11,767 bases of DNA, taken from positions 1 to 11,767 of the forward strand of contig JBDRNT010000185.1 of assembly GCA_043810925.1 (NCBI GenBank), in the 5' to 3' direction. This DNA is from Candidatus Eiseniibacteriota bacterium (GTDB lineage Bacteria; Arandabacterota; Arandabacteria; Arandabacterales; Arandabacteraceae). A model generated the notes under the pieces. That model saw nothing but the letters and a program-made list of their open reading frames with translations. It was not told the origin of the DNA and did not search any database. The position numbers and the translations under genes were made by a program. The first letter of the stretch is position 1. Each line of letters starts with the position of its first letter. Shown here in pieces: positions 7,081 through 11,767 of the stretch.

Positions 7081-8716
7081 GGCACACCTCCCTTTCCTCA
7101 AAGATAGGTCTAAACATCTGGTAGATCGAGTCGGCATTGTGATCACTGATAACGGTGATGCCGCTTTTGACGATATTGTCCCTGGTTTTGAGCGTGGCCG
7201 TGATCTTGGTAGCAGGCAGGACGGCATGCGGATTCTCGGAGTACCGGAGCGTAGGTGTCCCCACTTCCGAGAACATCCTTAGCACCTGATCGTTCGCCTG
7301 CTTCCAGTCCATTGTGCTATGGGACCAGGTGTCAGTTCCCCCGGTGATGCCGTATCTCCTCCTGTTCCCGGGTGAGGCGATCGGCGTTAGCGGGCTAAGC
7401 AGGAAGGCAAAGGGGTAATAACGATGGACGGGATAGCTGACGTCTGGGTAGGAGTTGAGGAGATCGATCGTCTTGGCAACCGAGTCCTCGGTTTCACCGG
7501 GAAACCCGACTATCACGGTTGATGTTGTGCTTATAAGATGCTTGCTCAGAAAGTGGACAGCCTTTAAGTTCTGATCTCTGGTTGTCTCCTTGTTCATGTT
7601 CTTGAGAATGCCATTGTCGCCGGATTCTGTTCCCAGAGCGCAGACGAAGCAGCCTGCCTTCGCCAGCATCTCGACGTTGTCCTCTGTGATTGCATCCGTC
7701 CTCACAAATGCACCCCATTTGAAATCAAGCCCGTTCTCGATAATGCCCTTGCACAGCTGCTTGATCCTTGACGGCGTAGTGAAGAGGTTGTCGTCCGTGA
7801 ATTCGACAGGCTTGCCGGGATACACATCCTGGATAGTCTTCAGCTCTTCGATCACGCACTCTATCGGTCTGGACTGCACGCGGTGCAATCCCCAGAAGTC
7901 ACAGAAAGCGCACCTGAACGGACACCCCATGCCTGCCTTTACAGGAATGGCATTGCCTATGATGCTCTCCGGGACCCTGTCCCAGGATATGGCGTGTTGA
8001 TCGAAGGTTGAGGGCTCCCGAACCCTCTTGGTGAACACCAGATGGTTGCCTTTCCTGTAGGCGATGTTGGGAGTGCACCTGTAGTCCTCACCATTCTTGA
8101 TCTTCCGCACCAACCTGAGCAAGGTGAGCTCGCCGCACTCCTCAATCACCAACGCATCAACACGGTTGTCAGTCGAGGCATCGAAGAAAAAGTTGTTGCT
8201 TTTGACCGGTTCCATGTCGAAACCCTCCAGATAGCCCTGCTTGAAGAGTGTGTATGTCTTGTAGCTCTTAAGCACCTTGATGCCACCAGCGAGGATCACC
8301 GAGCCGGGCGATAGCTCGCGTGCAGCCTGCGCAATCGCGATGACCTCTGAGGTGTGACACATGAACGTAGTTGATATGGCAACCACCCTTGGCTTGGCTG
8401 CCATAAGTCGCTTGAACTTGTCTTGTTCGAGCAGGAAGTAGTTCACAGCTTCTGTCCTGATCCCATACTTGGTCAGGAAGTCATACAGGTAGATCGTGTT
8501 GAGAGACCTGGAGACGAGGCGGGATTTATTCTGCTCGGCATATTGCTTCTCAGCAAGGTCGAGATCGCCGGCCTTGTCGACCAGACACTTGAGGAAATCA
8601 ACGGTTGCCAGGTGGCCGTTATGGTGCAAACGCATCTTGTTGAGTGTTTCCGACGTGCCACCTGCTACTTCCGTAAGCGAGTATCCTCCTACGATTAGAA
8701 CATCTATGTCGCTCAT
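7070..8716 (-). CDS. Cobalamin-binding radical SAM enzyme (class B methyltransferase-like, PhpK-like clade), 548 aa
   Basis: CxxxCxxC motif GCPFRCAFC. N-terminal B12-binding-like segment VVAISTTF...VILAGG. Class B features FTDDNL, LGTESG and VGFPGET, plus a C-terminal YGITG...WSHSTMD. RBS GAGGAGG. Confidence 0.93.
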   Translation of the reverse strand: MSDIDVLIVGGYSLTEVAGGTSETLNKMRLHHNGHLATVDFLKCLVDKAGDLDLAEKQYAEQNKSRLVSRSLNTIYLYDFLTKYGIRTEAVNYFLLEQDKFKRLMAAKPRVVAISTTFMCHTSEVIAIAQAARELSPGSVILAGGIKVLKSYKTYTLFKQGYLEGFDMEPVKSNNFFFDASTDNRVDALVIEECGELTLLRLVRKIKNGEDYRCTPNIAYRKGNHLVFTKRVREPSTFDQHAISWDRVPESIIGNAIPVKAGMGCPFRCAFCDFWGLHRVQSRPIECVIEELKTIQDVYPGKPVEFTDDNLFTTPSRIKQLCKGIIENGLDFKWGAFVRTDAITEDNVEMLAKAGCFVCALGTESGDNGILKNMNKETTRDQNLKAVHFLSKHLISTTSTVIVGFPGETEDSVAKTIDLLNSYPDVSYPVHRYYPFAFLLSPLTPIASPGNRRRYGITGGTDTWSHSTMDWKQANDQVLRMFSEVGTPTLRYSENPHAVLPATKITATLKTRDNIVKSGITVISDHNADSIYQMFRPIFEEREVCHVS

Positions 8717-8733
8717 GGCTTCCTCCTCAGTTT

Positions 8734-9657
8734 CTAAGTGTTCGCGAACGGGCGCTGGCTGGCGTCCTGATCTGCCTTCTTCCTTTCACAGCGCTGTTGT
8801 CCCACCGCACAAGCAACCTCAATGCACTGGGGCACGGAAGAGGCCTGCGCGTGCGGAGCCGGGAGATTCCTTGCTGCATGGCTTATGAATAAATCCGGCT
8901 CTTCCCGGAAGAAGCATATGCCCCCGGTAGCCGCATAGGTCCTGGCCATTAACGCGAGCCTGGGGACCACAGATCTGGGAATGTTCGTTACCGAGCCCAC
9001 GAGACACGATGAACTGGTCCCTATCTTCAGGAAGTCACCGTCTTCGATCCCCGCCACGGGGCGGAAGCCATAGAGACCGTAGAACTTCTTGCAAGGCGAA
9101 TCACAGCACCATACGGCGTGCTCGAAATGATGGTGAAAAGCCAGGATCGCAATGGCCGATTCAACCATATGTCTTGCGAGTTTGAGTGATCTGAATCTGG
9201 CATCCAGCACGAACCGGCTCACTTCGACAAGGTGCTCACCGCGCGATCTGATCGCATCATAGAGCGCAGTCATGACGTGGATGTTCGGCACATAGTCCAT
9301 GAGCGGGAGTGGATTAGGAGAACTCATCTGCGTCATGTGGCGGAGGCCTGGCACCTGTTCGAGGAGTCGATCGAGATCGCTTCGCGCGGGCGGTTCGCGA
9401 TCTTCCACCACCCTTAGATATCCAATGGGGTAGTGGCCGTCGGGGCAAACATTGAACAAGCCGAAATGGTGCGATCGCAGGTCATAGCTGTTGACGTCAA
9501 TGCCATAGTCGTTTTCGGGCACAAGGTCTCCGAGCCCGGCGTCTCTATATTCCCTGTAGCGCAGCTCGAAGAGCCTTCGAAGCTCGTCCATGTCTGCGGC
9601 TTCTCTGAATACCGAGTAGCTGCTGTCGTCCCTCTTTCGATCGTCTTCAGTCGGCAT
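8734..9657 (-). CDS. GNAT-fold acyltransferase of the LuxI/FeeM (N-acyl amino acid synthase) superfamily, about 307 aa
   Basis: LFELRYREY, GIDVNSYD, IGYLRVV, LPLM, VEVSRFVL and KFYGLYGF match the R...E.D.YD...R...E.SRF pattern of LuxI/FeeM enzymes. The insertion between the LR and E.SRF motifs is FeeM-like. Start reassigned to ATG 9657, with AGGAG 8 nt upstream. Confidence 0.82.
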   Translation of the reverse strand: MPTEDDRKRDDSSYSVFREAADMDELRRLFELRYREYRDAGLGDLVPENDYGIDVNSYDLRSHHFGLFNVCPDGHYPIGYLRVVEDREPPARSDLDRLLEQVPGLRHMTQMSSPNPLPLMDYVPNIHVMTALYDAIRSRGEHLVEVSRFVLDARFRSLKLARHMVESAIAILAFHHHFEHAVWCCDSPCKKFYGLYGFRPVAGIEDGDFLKIGTSSSCLVGSVTNIPRSVVPRLALMARTYAATGGICFFREEPDLFISHAARNLPAPHAQASSVPQCIEVACAVGQQRCERKKADQDASQRPFANT

Positions 9658-9796
9658 CTTCTCATCTCCTCTGCTGTTGTCGTCTCTACTACTTTGAACG
9701 AGGGACAAGTGACGGATTCGGAGGCTGGACTCTAAGATAAACCGATGCTTGGCAGGGCTGCGTATCGGGTGGCGTCACGCACAGCACTGTTTTGGT

Positions 9797-9827
9797 TTGA
9801 CAGGCCTCTCCTAACCTGTTGTATAAT
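9797..9827 (+). promoter_or_regulatory. Sigma70-type promoter for the ECF sigma gene: perfect TTGACA and TATAAT with a 19-bp spacer
   Basis: TTGACA at 9797-9802, TATAAT at 9822-9827. Dyad ACAGG-N10-CCTGT spans 9800-9819. Confidence 0.7.
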
Positions 9828-9882
9828 GGCGCAGTATGGAACGGGTGCCTGTGTGGGATGCCGATCTCAGAGGGTTGCGAAA

Positions 9883-10503
9883 TTGAGCGAGGAATCCTGG
9901 CCTGCCTTCTTGGATATGCTCGAAAGCGATCCCAAGGCTGCCTTTGCCGCATTCTACCGTTTGGCAATGGCAACACTGTCGCTTGCTCCCCCCAGACAGA
10001 TGCGCGGCCTGAGCCAGGAGGATTGCCAGGATCTCATCCACGAGGTGGTCTTTCACTGTGTCAGGGACGATTTCCGAGTTCTGCGGCGGTATGTTGACAT
10101 GGGCAAGCCTTTCGTGGCCTGGCTGTACACCATTGCTCACCACAAGTGCTTGGATTACTTGCGAAGCCACGACATCAAGGTCCAGGTTGTGTCTATCCAT
10201 GAAAATCCGGAGGGTAAGGGACTCGAGAACGTGCTTGCTGATCCGGCCAACGGTCCTGATAAGCGTTCCGAGGACGCCGACCTCGTCGCGATCGTCAAGA
10301 AAGCTATGGGCCAGCTTGGGGAACGCTGCCGGTTGCTCCTCGAGATGGCGGCCGACGAGTTCATGCCAAAGGAAATGGCTGCAGTCTTGGGGCTATCCCC
10401 GGACCAGAACAAGAAAATATCGGACGACTTAAGATATTGCCGGAAACGGCTTAAGCAGCTCCTTTCCGAGGCAGGCTTTGATATGGGATTTTTCACGGGG
10501 TGA
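9883..10503 (+). CDS. ECF-type RNA polymerase sigma factor, about 206 aa
   Basis: Region 2 EDCQDLIHEVVF...FVAWLYTIAHHKCLDYLR and region 4 AMGQLGERCRLLL...PKEMAAVLGL...YCRKRLKQLL. Start reassigned to TTG 9883 (GAGGG upstream) because the track's start at 9745 lies upstream of the promoter. Confidence 0.93.
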   Translation: MSEESWPAFLDMLESDPKAAFAAFYRLAMATLSLAPPRQMRGLSQEDCQDLIHEVVFHCVRDDFRVLRRYVDMGKPFVAWLYTIAHHKCLDYLRSHDIKVQVVSIHENPEGKGLENVLADPANGPDKRSEDADLVAIVKKAMGQLGERCRLLLEMAADEFMPKEMAAVLGLSPDQNKKISDDLRYCRKRLKQLLSEAGFDMGFFTG

Positions 10504-10666
10504 CAGATTGGACTTGAGGCTGATCGACGGTGTGAGACGCAGACTAGATAAAGGGCAGATAATGTTCCGAAATTATGCGGCCTCATCGTTAGTAAGTGTG
10601 GCAAGGATTGTGAACGTTGCTCCCCACCGGATACCGGGTGGGCTCAAAGCGAGGTGGATAGCATAA

Positions 10667-11704
10667 GTGTCGGATACACCGGATACAGCCAACAGGGGTA
10701 ATGACTCCTCAAACGAAGATGCGGTTCTGAATAGGCTGATACGGATGAGCCGGAGATCAAGAGAAGAGAAGTTCGTGCGCCCCGACGAGGAGACGATCAC
10801 GGCATATCTCATGGGGACAGCGACTGCCGCTCAGAAGAGTGTAGTCATGGAAGCCTTGGAGAGGTCATCGGCGTTTCGGCGAGAGCTCCTCGCCATGGCG
10901 GGGGACATGCAAACGCTCTCTGTGGATCAGCTGGAAGAGATCCGCAAGAGATCCCAGTTGATCAGGCCTCCCTCATATGAGGAGTTCTTGGCAAGCAGAG
11001 GGGATACTGCTGCGCGGCATGGAGATACTCTAACGCTGTGGGCCAGACTGGTGAGGTGGCGTATCCCCCAACTATATGTTCCCATTGCAGTTGCTGCAGC
11101 TGTTATCGTTCTGGCAATCGTCAAGACCGGCATGCTCCCAGTCACGCGGAAGCCGATGGAGAGCCGCGTGCCCGGTGTTGCAGTAGGGCCAGACAGCACT
11201 CCACAGGTAATTGAGTTGGCCGAAGCTACGCTTGTTGAACGGGGAATCGAGCCGGGGTTACTAATATCCAATGTCACCCGCGGGGCGGCGGCACATGCGG
11301 CTGAGAAGGCTTACGACACTCCCAAAGAGGCAGCGATGGCAGCCTTCCTGTCAATGCTCACATATGACTACGGTAGCGGCAGGTTCGCTTTTTGGCCGCC
11401 TCCTGCCGGGCCGACCCCGACGGGTCACTACCGGCCGACATCCCTCATCCTTGTCAGTGAGGCCGGCCAGGAGATCCAGCGCGTTATCGCGAAGATACCG
11501 GGTGGGGGCCCGGAAGGGGATGGCAAGCGACTGGAAGCCTGGGCTATCACGTTCCCATCGCGTGATCTATACCGAATCGAGCTCCAGGAAGATAGCACCA
11601 GGGTCCTGTGGACGCCCGAAATGGGTGACACTGCCTGCATCGCCCTGGTCGCTCCCGCAGACAGTGGTTACAAGGTGGTTGCATCGGAATTAAGACTGCG
11701 TTAG
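10667..11704 (+). CDS. Putative membrane-anchored anti-sigma factor, 345 aa
   Basis: Lies directly downstream of the ECF gene. N-terminal RPDEETITAYLMGTATAAQKSVVMEALERSSAFRRELL is a ZAS/zf-HC2-like helix pattern. Single TM segment LYVPIAVAAAVIVLAIV, then a Pro-rich linker and a beta-rich C-terminal domain. GTG start with GAGGTG RBS. Confidence 0.8.
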   Translation: MSDTPDTANRGNDSSNEDAVLNRLIRMSRRSREEKFVRPDEETITAYLMGTATAAQKSVVMEALERSSAFRRELLAMAGDMQTLSVDQLEEIRKRSQLIRPPSYEEFLASRGDTAARHGDTLTLWARLVRWRIPQLYVPIAVAAAVIVLAIVKTGMLPVTRKPMESRVPGVAVGPDSTPQVIELAEATLVERGIEPGLLISNVTRGAAAHAAEKAYDTPKEAAMAAFLSMLTYDYGSGRFAFWPPPAGPTPTGHYRPTSLILVSEAGQEIQRVIAKIPGGGPEGDGKRLEAWAITFPSRDLYRIELQEDSTRVLWTPEMGDTACIALVAPADSGYKVVASELRLR

Positions 11705-11767
11705 ACTCATCACGTGTGGTCCGCAATAATCCTTAACAGCAGGGCAGGGACTAAGTCGCGGCTCGGC

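Noticed and set aside
7081-7227. 49-aa N-terminal extension of the flavoprotein in the ORF track
   Set aside because: It overlaps the radical SAM gene extensively, whereas ATG 7080 has a strong RBS and a typical short overlap.
8734-9657. Canonical AHL synthase (luxI)
   Set aside because: It is longer than typical LuxI, has a FeeM-like insertion, lacks the usual F...W pattern after the first Arg and has no luxR nearby. Left as a superfamily-level call.
9745-9882. N-terminal extension of the ECF sigma
   Set aside because: It spans the predicted promoter, ATG 9826 overlaps the -10 box, and sigma-like sequence begins near TTG 9883.

Overview
This is an accessory, mobile region split by an integrative-element attachment site, the 3' half of a tRNA-fMet at 4908-4951 (- strand). 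Left of it are a TPR-type gene running off the window, a conserved hypothetical gene, an autoinhibited Fic AMPylase, a stack of nested IS3/IS630 remnants and a small orphan ORF. Right of it, after another IS3 remnant, is a compact intact module. A three-gene minus-strand operon encodes a LuxI/FeeM-like GNAT N-acyl amino acid synthase, a cobalamin-dependent radical SAM enzyme and a VAO/PCMH-family flavoprotein resembling FeeG/CndG decarboxylases. It is transcribed divergently from an ECF sigma factor and a membrane anti-sigma factor. This module is the best candidate for an undescribed system: a methylated N-acyl-tyrosine/enamide biosynthesis or signalling circuit paired with an ECF/anti-sigma rather than a LuxR. 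All family calls come from motif recognition by eye; no searches were run.
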